In this document: positions 20,701 through 30,208 of the stretch, piece by piece
Position numbering within the stretch: the stretch's first letter is position 1
Layout: the number at the start of each line of letters is the position of its first letter
Source of the DNA: an uncultured Chloroflexia bacterium
Lineage (GTDB): Bacteria > Chloroflexota > Limnocylindria > Limnocylindrales > CSP1-4
Direction: 5' to 3'
Assembly (NCBI GenBank): GCA_963766735.1
Contig: CAVYBU010000021.1
Span: 53,565-117,564, forward strand
DNA: 64,000 bases
The notes under the pieces: model-generated
What the model saw: the letters and a program-made list of their open reading frames with translations, nothing else
Databases searched by the model: none
Told to the model about the DNA's origin: nothing
Made by a program: the position numbers and the translations under genes

Positions 20701-21648
20701 ATGCCTGTTGCCGTGACCAAAGAGACCGAGGTGCTGTCGACACCCAGGTACCAGTCCGTCGAATTCCGGTCCGATGGGGCGACCCTGCGCGGCCGGCTGT
20801 ACCTCCCCAGGGGAGGTCCATCCGGCGTCGTGGTCATGGCGCACGGCTTCTCGGCGACGATCCCGATGACCATGGACAAGTACGCAGAGTTCTTCTGCGA
20901 GCGGGGTCTGGCAGCATTGGCCTTCGACCACCGGGGTCATGGCGTGAGTGACGGCGAACCCCGGGGCGAGATCAACCGCTGGGTGCAGGCGCGCGAGTAC
21001 ATCGACGCGATCGACTTTGTCCGCGCATCCGCCGAGATCGGATCAAGGCCGGTTGCCCTCTGGAGTGACAGCCTGAGCGCCCGGGTCGCCCTCGGCGTGG
21101 CGGCCCTGGACGATCGGGTCAGGGCCCTGGTCTGCCAGGTCCCGGCACTCGGGGATGAGCTAGGTTCCGATGACCCGGGTGGCACTCGGCTGGACGCCAT
21201 GGGCCGGTTCCTGGCTGCTGGCGACCTGCGTCGGCCATCGGACGCCTGGACGTCGTCGTCGGTCGTGTCGCCGGACCAGGTCACGAGCCCGTCCGCCCTC
21301 GAGCCCCTGACGGCCTTCCGCTGGTTCATCGAGTACGGCGGCCGGTACGGATCCGGATGGACGAACCGGGTGACGTTCACGGCTCCGCGCGATGCGCCGG
21401 ATTTCGACCCGTTCGCCTGTGCTCCCGGCGTGCGGATCCCCACCCTGTTCGTGATGTCGCCGGACGACGAGATGCCGGGCGCCGTGAGCGAGGTCACCAG
21501 GGCGGTCTTCGAGCGCCTCGCCGGCCCGAAGGAGCTCGTCGAGGTGGACGGGGGCCACTTCGGCATCATCGAGCACCCCAGCGTCGCGTTCGATCGGGCC
21601 AGCGAGGTCCAGGCGGCGTTCCTGGCTCGAATCCTGACGACCGACTGA
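20701..21648 (+). CDS. Alpha/beta hydrolase
   Basis: VVMAHGFSA, FDHRGHGVSDGEPR, nucleophile elbow WSDSLSA, PDDEM and GGHFG. Confidence 0.88.
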   Translation: MPVAVTKETEVLSTPRYQSVEFRSDGATLRGRLYLPRGGPSGVVVMAHGFSATIPMTMDKYAEFFCERGLAALAFDHRGHGVSDGEPRGEINRWVQAREYIDAIDFVRASAEIGSRPVALWSDSLSARVALGVAALDDRVRALVCQVPALGDELGSDDPGGTRLDAMGRFLAAGDLRRPSDAWTSSSVVSPDQVTSPSALEPLTAFRWFIEYGGRYGSGWTNRVTFTAPRDAPDFDPFACAPGVRIPTLFVMSPDDEMPGAVSEVTRAVFERLAGPKELVEVDGGHFGIIEHPSVAFDRASEVQAAFLARILTTD

Positions 21649-21815
21649 GAGAGTCCCGCGGGGGACGCGTCGGCTTGCGTGTCGGATTGACCCTCCGACG
21701 CCTGCAGGCGCAGCGCCCCGTTGCGGCCGTCCGCACCCGGTCGATTGGTCCGTTCGGCCGTACGACCGAACGCGCTCGCCTGCTTCACTGGTGCCCTGCA
21801 GAGGGAGGAGCTGCC

Positions 21816-22103
21816 ATGGCGCAGATCCACGTGCCCGCCGCGACTGCCGGGCCGCCCACCATTCCGCGGGACGACCTCCAGCGGGCGGCCGACCGCGAGC
21901 ACCAGAACGCCTACCTGGGCGCCAGCATCGGCGTCGGGCAGGTGATCGTGGGCGTCCTCCTGGTGGTGCTGGGGTTGACGGGCGCCGAGGAGTTCGTGGC
22001 CGGCTCGGCCCGGATCGTCACGGTGCCGGCGGGGGCCCTGTTCGCGGCCGCAGGGGCGATCGTGGTCTGGATCACCCGGCCCACCATCGACTATGAGCGG
22101 TAG
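21816..22103 (+). CDS. Small hypothetical membrane protein (2 TM)
   Basis: A GGAGGAG RBS precedes the ATG at 21816. Two hydrophobic helices. Confidence 0.65.
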   Translation: MAQIHVPAATAGPPTIPRDDLQRAADREHQNAYLGASIGVGQVIVGVLLVVLGLTGAEEFVAGSARIVTVPAGALFAAAGAIVVWITRPTIDYER

Positions 22104-22153
22104 GCCAGGACCAGCGAAACGGCCGCCTGGCGCCGCCATGGGAGCGGCAGGCA

Positions 22154-22642
22154 ATGTCCCGCGCTGAAGCACCCGACCCGCACGCGTCACTCGGCCCGGA
22201 CGGCCTCCGGGCAGCGACCACGATCTGGCTCGTGGTCAACGCGGTCAACGTCCTGCAGTCGGTCGGTTTCGCGACGCGGCCGTTCGCCCCGTGGGTGAAC
22301 CCAGTGCTCGGGCTCGTCATCGCCGCCCTGGCGATCCCGGCGACGTGGGCCCTGCTGGTCTTCATCCGCATCGGAGCGGGCTGGCGGTTCACGGCCGGGC
22401 CACTCGTGTTCGATGCCTTCGTGATCCTCCTGCTCCTCGTGGAGCGCGTGTTCCGCATCGCGTGGCGCGACCCGGCCATTCCCGCGATCCAGATCCCATA
22501 CCTCGTGCTCTTCTTCGGCTCGATCTTTCTCATGGGCGTTCCGATGTACCGGATCGACCGGCGGAAGTGGCTGGTGACGGCCGCAACGACGGTCCTGCTG
22601 CTGGCGGCGATGGTCTACGCGACGGTGATGGGGGTGGGCTGA
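22154..22642 (+). CDS. Hypothetical membrane protein (about 5 TM)
   Basis: Hydrophobic 162-aa ORF. Confidence 0.7.
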   Translation: MSRAEAPDPHASLGPDGLRAATTIWLVVNAVNVLQSVGFATRPFAPWVNPVLGLVIAALAIPATWALLVFIRIGAGWRFTAGPLVFDAFVILLLLVERVFRIAWRDPAIPAIQIPYLVLFFGSIFLMGVPMYRIDRRKWLVTAATTVLLLAAMVYATVMGVG

Positions 22643-22679
22643 GCCGGATCACGGCCGCGCATGATCGCGTGGCGGCGCG

Positions 22680-22706
22680 GGAATCATCCGACAGGGATGT
22701 GCCGTT
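22680..22706 (+). promoter_or_regulatory. Putative ECF-sigma promoter (GGAAT-N18-CGTT)
   Basis: GGAAT catccgacagggatgtgc CGTT lies about 110 bp upstream of the ABC ATPase. Confidence 0.4.
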
Positions 22707-22818
22707 GGGCCCGACGGCCCTTCCCGTTCGCTCACGGCGTGCGGGAGACTGCCGTCGGAGAAGGCAGCCAGTCGGCGGTCGCCGTTTCCGGTTGCCCGCC
22801 GCAGATGGGAGGTGCGTG

Positions 22819-23757
22819 GTGGCCGTCAACGGACTCGCCATCCGGTTCGACGGGCTGACACGGGAGTTCGGGACCGCCAGGGCGGTCGACGGGCTCACGC
22901 TCGAGGTTCCGCGCGGCATCATCTTCGGGTTCCTCGGACCCAACGGCGCAGGCAAGACCACGACGATCAACCTGCTGCTCGGCCTCCTCGAGCCCACAGC
23001 CGGCAGGGCGGAGGTCCTCGGGTTCGATCCATGGCAGGACGGCGATGCCGTGAGATCGCGAACCGGCGCGGTCCTGGAGCAGACCGGGGTCTACGACCAG
23101 CTGACGGCCGAGGACAACCTGGAGTTCTACGCGCGGACCTGGCGCATGCCGGCCGCCGAGCGCGGGGAGCGCATCCGGGAGCTCCTCACCGGAGCGGCGC
23201 TCTGGGAGCGCCGCAGAGACCGGGCCGGCACCTGGAGCCGGGGCATGAAGCAGCGGCTCGCGCTGGCGCGGGCGCTCCTGCATCGTCCCGAGCTCGTCCT
23301 GCTCGATGAGCCGACGGCCGGGCTGGACGTGATGGCCGCAACCGACGTCCGGGCGGACCTGGCCGCCCTGGCCGGCAACGATGGCACGACCATCTTCCTG
23401 ACGACGCACAACATGGCCGAGGCCGAGCGCCTGTGCGCCCTGGTGGCCGTGATCCGTGGAGGCCGCCTGGTGGCCGTCGGCAGTCCGGCAGACCTGCGCT
23501 CGAGCGCCGGCACGCCGAGGGTCGAGATTGTCGGCCGGGGCTTTGATGAGGCCGTGCTGGAGGAGCTCCGGGCGTGCCCGGAGGTGGTTGCGGTCACGCG
23601 CACCGACGGGCACCTGACGCTCGAGGTCGCTGAGGCAGTCGAGCCGGGTCCGATCGTCAGCCTCCTGGTCCGGCGCGGCGCCGAGATCGACGAGGTCCGG
23701 CGGGAGCAGGCCAGCCTCGAGGAGATCTTCGTCACGCTGATGGAGGAGGAGCGATGA
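22819..23757 (+). CDS. ABC transporter ATP-binding protein
   Basis: GPNGAGKTT, WSRGMKQR, LLDEPT and TTHN. GGAGG RBS. Confidence 0.93.
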   Translation: MAVNGLAIRFDGLTREFGTARAVDGLTLEVPRGIIFGFLGPNGAGKTTTINLLLGLLEPTAGRAEVLGFDPWQDGDAVRSRTGAVLEQTGVYDQLTAEDNLEFYARTWRMPAAERGERIRELLTGAALWERRRDRAGTWSRGMKQRLALARALLHRPELVLLDEPTAGLDVMAATDVRADLAALAGNDGTTIFLTTHNMAEAERLCALVAVIRGGRLVAVGSPADLRSSAGTPRVEIVGRGFDEAVLEELRACPEVVAVTRTDGHLTLEVAEAVEPGPIVSLLVRRGAEIDEVRREQASLEEIFVTLMEEER

Positions 23758-24503
23758 CCGCGGACCTCCGCACGATGTTCTGGAAGGAGTGGCGCTCGCT
23801 CGTCGGCGGGCGTGCCAGGCGGCAGCTGCTGCTCACGGGTGGCATCCTCGCCATCTGGGCGATCTGGTTCCCGATCCAGATGGGCGGTCGGGACTTCGTC
23901 TCCGACCCCGTGATGATGGGGATCCTCTCCATCACCCTCCCGATGGTCGTGGCCGGGATCGTGATCCCGGACGCGTTCGCCGGCGAGCGGGAGCGCCACA
24001 CACTGGACACGCTGCTGACCAGCCGGCTCGCCGACCGGGCGATCCTGTACGGCAAGCTCGGGTTCGGCGTGGCGCTCGGGTGGCTGGCGGCCCCGTTCAT
24101 GATGGCCGTCGGGCTGGTGGTCGCGAACCTGGTCGCGCTCGACGAGGCCCCCCTGCTCTACGACCCGCTCGTGCTGCTTGCCGTCCTCATGCTGGGACTC
24201 CTGGTCGCGGCCCTGACCGGGGCCATCGGGGTGTTCGTCTCGCTGCGGGCGTCCACCGCCCAGGAGGCGCAGCAGCTCACGCTGCTGGGGCTCATGACGC
24301 CACTCATGCTGGCCAGCTTCGGCGCCATGGCCGTGCTGTCGAACCGGGAGCTGGCCGGCGGCGTCATCGACTTCCTCGGGAGCCCGGACGTCTGGCTGCT
24401 CGTCGCGGCGATCGTGGTCGTGCTGCTGGTCGTCGATCTGATGCTGATCGCCGCCGCGGATCGTCGGTTCCGGCGCGGCACGCTGATCGCGCGGAGTCGG
24501 TAG
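23754..24503 (+). CDS. ABC-2 type permease
   Basis: DAFAGERERHTLDTLL...ILYGK. ATGA overlap with the ATPase. Confidence 0.9.
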   Translation: MTADLRTMFWKEWRSLVGGRARRQLLLTGGILAIWAIWFPIQMGGRDFVSDPVMMGILSITLPMVVAGIVIPDAFAGERERHTLDTLLTSRLADRAILYGKLGFGVALGWLAAPFMMAVGLVVANLVALDEAPLLYDPLVLLAVLMLGLLVAALTGAIGVFVSLRASTAQEAQQLTLLGLMTPLMLASFGAMAVLSNRELAGGVIDFLGSPDVWLLVAAIVVVLLVVDLMLIAAADRRFRRGTLIARSR

Positions 24504-24651
24504 CCGGTCCCCGTCACCGTCCAATGAGCCGTCGACAATCCGAACCTGGGGCACGCCTGCGGCATCAGATTCACAGAAGGCAGTGCGGGGCACAGCCCGC
24601 GGTCGGTCCACGGGGGGGGTCGACCGGGAGCAGGAAGAGGTATTCGGCGAG

Positions 24652-25314
24652 ATGCTTCGACGAGGTGGGACGTCAGCGGGGGGATCCCCGGTGGCGAGCA
24701 CCCTCGGGTCGGTCGCCGGTCCTGCCGCCGCGACGGCGCCAGATCCCCTCGTCCTGGCACGCAGGTCGGCCCTCATCGCCCACGTCGAGCAGGCCCGCGC
24801 CGGCGACCGTCTCGCCTTCGAGGTGCTTGTCGAGCAACGACTCCACCAGACCTTCCGGACGGCCTGCGCCATCCTGGGCAACGAGGCCGATGGTCAGGAC
24901 GCGACCCAGGAGTCCTTCGTCCAGGCGTGGCGCAACCTGCCGCGGCTGCGGGATCCCGCCAGCTTCGATGCCTGGTTCGGCCGGATCATCGTGAATGCCT
25001 GCCGCCAGGTCCTGCGCAGCAGACGCCGCCGCTCGCTGCGGGAGATCACGACCACCGATCTGTTCGATCCGCTCCAGGGCGTGGAGACGAGGGATCCCGC
25101 GCCCGATGAGCAGGCGGCCTCGAGCGATGCGCTCGAGCGGGCCTTCGAGCGGCTGTCGATCGACCAGCGGTCGATCCTTGTCCGCCACCACCTGGAGCAC
25201 CAGGCTCTGACCGAGATCGCCTCCGACCTGGGCATCCCGACCGGCACGGCAAAGTCACGCCTCCATGCGGCACGTCAGGCGCTCGAGCGAGCGCTGGAGG
25301 TCGAGCTGCGATGA
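24652..25314 (+). CDS. ECF RNA polymerase sigma-70 factor (start uncertain)
   Basis: AGDRLAFEVL, DATQESFVQAWRNL, FDAWFGRIIVN and EIASDLGIPTGTAKSRLH. Confidence 0.92.
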   Translation: MLRRGGTSAGGSPVASTLGSVAGPAAATAPDPLVLARRSALIAHVEQARAGDRLAFEVLVEQRLHQTFRTACAILGNEADGQDATQESFVQAWRNLPRLRDPASFDAWFGRIIVNACRQVLRSRRRRSLREITTTDLFDPLQGVETRDPAPDEQAASSDALERAFERLSIDQRSILVRHHLEHQALTEIASDLGIPTGTAKSRLHAARQALERALEVELR

Positions 25315-27504
25315 ACAGCCAGCACATCCTGACCGACGCGATGCTCGAGACCATGCTCGTTCGTCGCGCCAACCACCCTGTCCCGACCGGCCTTGCCGAG
25401 ACGATCATCCGGACCGCGGCCGAGACCCCCCGGGTGGGGCGGCCCTGGTGGACGCTGCTGCTGCCGCCCGCGCGCCAGGCTCCGGCGCTGCGCCTGGTCT
25501 GGATCGTGGCCCTCGTCGGCCTGCTCCTCGCGGCCACCGTGTCGGCTGCCTTCGTCGGTTCCCAGCTCCTCCGCGGCGTCAACGAGCTCGCCGTCCTGCC
25601 AGCGCCGACCGCCGAGGCGACCGCGACCGCGGCGCCGTCGCCTCCCTCGGACACCCTTGCCCGGCAGCCAGCCGGACTCCAGCCGACCGGCGTGATCGCG
25701 CCGTCCGGGCAAGGGGCCTCGCTTCCGAGCACATCGGCTCTCGCGGTCGGGTCCGACGGCAGCGCCTGGGTGCTCTTCTCGAGCGGGTTGCTGCGGGTCG
25801 ACCCGGATGGTTCGGTTCGCGAGTGGTCGCTCGCCGACGACGCAGCGTTTGCGGCTGCCCAGGGACTTGCGCCATCGCAATTCGGCGGGGTCTGGATGTT
25901 CGACGCCACGACGCTCCGCCACTTTGACGGCGAGACCTTCACCGATGTCGTGACCCTCCCGGAGGACTCGGGCCCCGGCTTCGTGACGGATGCCACGGAA
26001 GGGCCGGACGGCCAGCTGTGGGTGACCTCGGGAGCGGGTGTCTTCCACTGGGACGGCGCCTCGTGGGCGAACCTGCCCTGGACCTTCGATGCCCTCCCCG
26101 GCGAGATCGATTTCGACGCGCGGGGCCGGCTGTGGGTCGATTTGCTGCAAGTACGCGGGCGACCCTGGGTTCGGCGTGGCGATGCACGACGATCACGGCT
26201 GGAGCGGTCCGCAGGGTGCGAGCCTGGTCCGCTCGATGGTCCGCTCGATGGCCTCGTCCGCGGACGGATCCACGTGGTTCGGAACCGAGAGCGGGCTGGC
26301 CCGGTTCGATGGCAGCGCCTGGAGCGGGGAGCTCCCCTTCGGGTCGCCCCGCAGTCCGATCTCCTCCGTCTCCATCGGCCCCGACGGATCCGTCTGGGTC
26401 GTGATGTCCGTGGGCGCGGGAGTGGCCCGGATCGCCGTGCTCAGGGGTGCGATATGGCAGGAGCTGGACATCCCGTCCGATCTCCAGGCCTTCGGTGGCT
26501 GGGCGCTCGTGGGCGCTGCCGGCGACAGTGCCGTCTTCGCCTCGGACGGTGGCCTTCTCCGCTTTACCGGCGAGGATTGGACCCGCATCTGGCCCGAGGC
26601 CTCACCGGCCGACCCCGGTTGGGTCCTGACACTCGCTGCCGTCTCGGCCGAGGATGTGCTGGCGGGCAGCGGCTACGGCGGTCCCGGTGGGATCTGGAGG
26701 CTTCGTGCCGGGGCCTGGGAGCGCGATGCTTCCCCAGGCTCACCGGACTCGCCGGTCCGATCGCTGGCGTTCGGGCCGGACGGGGCCCTATGGGCCGCAG
26801 GAGAGACTTGGGTCAAGACCTTCCGTGACGGGGCATGGACGAGCGTGCCCAACGCCGCCGAGTCGTCTGTTGCCTACCAGATCGTCCCGGTGGCTGACGG
26901 CACCGTGTGGGTGGCGGCCGGGTTCGGCGGTGTCGTCGCCCTGAGGCCCGACGGATCGACATGGCGCCCCGACAGCCTCGACCGGGCTCCGCTGGGCTTC
27001 GTTGCCTCGATCGCGGTCGGTCCCGACGGAACGATCTGGGCGGGATCGAACGTCCAGTGGTGCACCGAGGGCCTCGACGGGCAGACTGACTGCGATGTCA
27101 CCGGCCTGGCGCGGTTCGACGGTCAGACATGGACCCTCGAGGACCCCCTCGGCGCACTGCCGCGCGGTGGCGCGGAGCTGCGGGTCAACGACCTGCTCGT
27201 GGCATCGGACGGCTCCCTCTGGGTCGCCGGCGAGGAGTGGGGTGGGTCCGCCAGGTCCTTCGTCTCGAGGTTCGCTGACGGCGCCTGGACCGTCCTGCTC
27301 GACACGGCCTCGCAGGTGATGGCCCTCGCCGAGCATCCTGACGGCTCCATCCTCGCTGCCGGGCGCGGCGTCTGGACGTTCGGGGCCGGCGAGTGGACCC
27401 AGGAGCTCGGGGACGTGACCCTCGAGCAGCTGTCTGTCGCGCCCGACGGGTCGGTCTGGGTCTCGGGCGAGAACCCAGGGGGTGTGGTGTATCGCATCCC
27501 CTAG
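25311..27504 (+). CDS. Putative anti-sigma/sensor: short N-terminus, TM helix, Pro/Thr linker and extracellular beta-propeller repeats (frameshift at ~26141)
   Basis: ATGA overlap with the sigma gene and a single TM helix. Many (G)PDGSVW/DGTIW and GLARFDG repeats continue across two frames joined at a TTT run. Confidence 0.75.
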
Positions 27505-28826
27505 GCCCGCAGCGGCGGGCGCACTGCCCCCGCTGCGCCCGAGTAGGGCTGGCCCTTCTGCAGCTTCCGGACGCCGTATCCCGCGGCCAGGCGCTTCCAG
27601 CCGAACGTTCCCATCAGCCGGTATACCCAGTGCGGGATGAGCGGCCGGCCCATCAGGTCCGGTGCCGCATCCGGGATCGCCCGCCCTCGCGCAAGAGCTT
27701 CCGCGGCGAGCTCCAGGGACCTGCGAATGCGGGCGGTCCTGCCGCCGACCAGCGGTGCGCCACCCACCGCCGCGCCGCCGCCCAGGGCCAGGGAGCCCGC
27801 CCACTCGAACCCCGCCTCCCGCGCGAAGGTGCGGCAGATCGCCAGCGCGGTGGCCGTCTGCGCGGTCTCGGGGAAGCCGCAGTTCGCGATGGCCGTGAAC
27901 AGCTGCGCGCGATGCGTCTGTCCTCGGCGATCGGCGGCGATCCGCTCGAGGGCCTCGATCGCGGGGGCCGGCAGCGAGTCCACGTACAGCGGGAACGCCA
28001 GCGTCACGAGGTCCGCGGCAGCGACGGCATCCAGCAGCTCCCGCGTCTTCTTCGGGGAGCGGACGACGGTGTGCAGGTAGACGGTCTCGATCTCGACGCC
28101 CCGCGCCGCCAGCTGGTCGTACATGTAGCCCCCGAGCGAGTTCGAGGTGCTGTTGCGCGTCCTGGGGCTGCCCACCAGCAGCAGGGCCCGCCTGATCTCG
28201 ACGGTGCCGCTGACAGCCACATTCTCGGCCGGGAGCTCGGCATGCTCCGGCGCGCTGCCCCGCTCGAGATTGTCGAGCCATGCGTTCGCGGACTCGGTGA
28301 GCCGCTCGTCGGACGAGCTGGCCGGCACGACCTCTGCCGCGAACCGGCGCGCGTGGAAGTTGATGGCATTGCGCCTCGCGAGATGGCGGAAGATGGCCTG
28401 CGCATGAGCGTCCGGCGTGTCCGCCCAGCCCACGACCAGGAGATCGGGATTGGTGTCGTAGCGCGGCTGGTGATGGGTCTCGCCGTCGACCGTGGCGAAG
28501 AACGGCAGGACGTTCTGGATCTGGCGGTCCACCATGCGCTTGAGGGTGGAGGAGTAGCCGCCGAACGTCACCGGCGTGAGGTAGATCGCGAGGTCGCTGG
28601 TCGCCAGCTGGGCCGCGACGTCGCGGTTGTCGTCATCGACGTTGCACACGCCCGGGGTCCGAACCCAGCAGTAGAAGTCGCCGGCGCAGGCGCCGATCTT
28701 CCGCTCGGCCAGGAGGACCGGCTCGACCTCCCAGCCCCGCTCCCGCAATCGGGTCTCCAGTGCAGCGCGGATGCGGGCCCCGGTCTCATCGGCGATCGGG
28801 GAGCCGTCAAGGATCACGGCCTTCAT
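27501..28826 (-). CDS. Tandem two-domain flavodoxin-fold / NAD(P)H-dependent oxidoreductase (iron-sulfur flavoprotein-like)
   Basis: MKAVILDGSP, CAGDFYCWVRTPGVC and TPVTFGGYSS. A second domain starts LLLVGSPR and includes FPLYVDSLP and NCGFPE. Confidence 0.82.
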   Translation of the reverse strand: MKAVILDGSPIADETGARIRAALETRLRERGWEVEPVLLAERKIGACAGDFYCWVRTPGVCNVDDDNRDVAAQLATSDLAIYLTPVTFGGYSSTLKRMVDRQIQNVLPFFATVDGETHHQPRYDTNPDLLVVGWADTPDAHAQAIFRHLARRNAINFHARRFAAEVVPASSSDERLTESANAWLDNLERGSAPEHAELPAENVAVSGTVEIRRALLLVGSPRTRNSTSNSLGGYMYDQLAARGVEIETVYLHTVVRSPKKTRELLDAVAAADLVTLAFPLYVDSLPAPAIEALERIAADRRGQTHRAQLFTAIANCGFPETAQTATALAICRTFAREAGFEWAGSLALGGGAAVGGAPLVGGRTARIRRSLELAAEALARGRAIPDAAPDLMGRPLIPHWVYRLMGTFGWKRLAAGYGVRKLQKGQPYSGAAGAVRPPLRA

Positions 28827-28828
28827 GA

Positions 28829-29389
28829 TCAGCGCCCGTCCACGTTGGCCACGCGCCCGCGGGTCCCGACCCGTGCGCCACGCAGGACGACCAGCCCGAG
28901 CCCGATGAGCAGGACCGGCCAGTAGTCGAGGACCTGGACGGCCTGTCCACCGATCAGCAGCGACCCGCCGATGACTGCGAGGATGCCGCCGGGGACGAGG
29001 GGCCACCAGTGGTGCCCGGTCACGCGAAGCAGGCCGCCGATGACCCAGACCGACAGGAACCCGAGCCCGAGACCAAGGACCACGACGCCCGAGGTCATCT
29101 CATCGGTGCCGGTGATCTGCTGGGTCACGGCGATTCCGGCCCCGAGGCCGGTCAGGATCCCCGCCGGGACCAGGAGCCCGTACTGGCGAGTGACCGCGTG
29201 GGCTGCCATGAACGCGAGGCCCATGATGAGCACGATCCATGAGCCCGCCCCCGGCGTCGTCTCCGTCGCGCGGAGGGCCAGGGTGCTGGCACCGATGGTG
29301 ATGAGGGTCGCGGCAGCCGCGAGCTGGTTGCGCGACCGGGTGGAGAGCGAGACAGGTGAGCTGGTTGTAGCGGAAGCCTGGTTGATCAT
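28829..29389 (-). CDS. Hypothetical membrane protein (about 6 TM)
   Basis: GLLVPAGILTGLG, WWPLVPGGIL and YWPVLLIGLG. Confidence 0.75.
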   Translation of the reverse strand: MINQASATTSSPVSLSTRSRNQLAAAATLITIGASTLALRATETTPGAGSWIVLIMGLAFMAAHAVTRQYGLLVPAGILTGLGAGIAVTQQITGTDEMTSGVVVLGLGLGFLSVWVIGGLLRVTGHHWWPLVPGGILAVIGGSLLIGGQAVQVLDYWPVLLIGLGLVVLRGARVGTRGRVANVDGR

Positions 29390-29419
29390 CGGACGTACCT
29401 TTCGTGGGTCTAGATACTT

Positions 29420-29437
29420 ACTGATTAGTCGCAAAGT
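29420..29437. promoter_or_regulatory. Putative TetR operator, copy 2
   Basis: ACTGATTAGTCGCAAAGT matches the reverse complement of the site at 30033-30050 at 15/18 positions. Confidence 0.6.
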
Positions 29438-29464
29438 TCACGAGGCAAAAAAGGGGAACGCGGC

Positions 29465-30025
29465 TCAACTTGCAGGGGCGCCACCTCCGGGGATCAGCGA
29501 GTAGAACTCCTTGAGCGTCTGGGCATCGCCGAAGCTGGCGATGACGTTGATCAGCATGCCGTTGGCAAACCATGTCTGGACCGCCTGCGGGTCCGCCCCG
29601 GAGACCGAGGCAACGGTCCGCCACAGCGTGTTGTACTCGCTCCGCACGAGGGCCTGGACGTCCGGGTCGCTGCAGGCTGCGTAGGCGTGCAGCTGGAGCC
29701 GGAGCAGGTCGCGATCGGCGAGCAGCAACTCCACGTAGCTGTTGCCCATGTGGGTGAGGATGCTGATCGGATCCGGGTCCAGGGCCGCCGCCTGCCGGGC
29801 CGACACCTGGAAGCGGTCGCCGGTTCGCGCAAAGCAGTCACGGACCGTCGCGAGGAAAAGCTCCTTCTTGGTCCCGAACAGCTGGAACAGGTAGGGCTGC
29901 GAGACGCCTGCCCGCCGGGCGATCGACCCGGTCGAGGTTCCGGCGTATCCGCCGGCGGCAAACTCGACTGAGGCGGCGGCGATCACTTCACCTCGGCGGT
30001 CATCGGCGCTCATCCGTGTGCTCAT
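29465..30025 (-). CDS. TetR/AcrR family regulator
   Basis: RMSADDRR, GYAGTSTGSIARRAGVSQPYLFQLFGTKKELF. Confidence 0.92.
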   Translation of the reverse strand: MSTRMSADDRRGEVIAAASVEFAAGGYAGTSTGSIARRAGVSQPYLFQLFGTKKELFLATVRDCFARTGDRFQVSARQAAALDPDPISILTHMGNSYVELLLADRDLLRLQLHAYAACSDPDVQALVRSEYNTLWRTVASVSGADPQAVQTWFANGMLINVIASFGDAQTLKEFYSLIPGGGAPAS

Positions 30026-30031
30026 GGGCAT

Positions 30032-30060
30032 AACTTAGCGACTACTAAGTAACTTGTCAA
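30032..30060 (-). promoter_or_regulatory. Sigma-70 promoter TTGACA-N17-TAAGTT with overlapping palindromic operator ACTTAG-N6-CTAAGT
   Basis: -35 at 30060-30055 and -10 at 30037-30032. Palindrome at 30033-30050. The predicted TSS coincides with the ATG at 30025. Confidence 0.7.
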
Positions 30061-30208
30061 GAGGAATCTTCACATCCTGGGATCCGGATGCGCGCCACGT
30101 TGATCTCGAGCGGCAAGCGGGGGCAATCGGACAGGGTGGCGTCCGTTCGCCCGAGCCGTCCAGCGGGCAAGGCCCAGCGCTGTGCTGGTGGGCTCGGCTC
30201 CCAGGCCG

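Noticed and set aside
17714-20821. 1035-aa minus-strand ORF
   Set aside because: It is an antisense shadow of real genes in high-GC DNA, with Arg/Gly/His-rich composition and no motifs.
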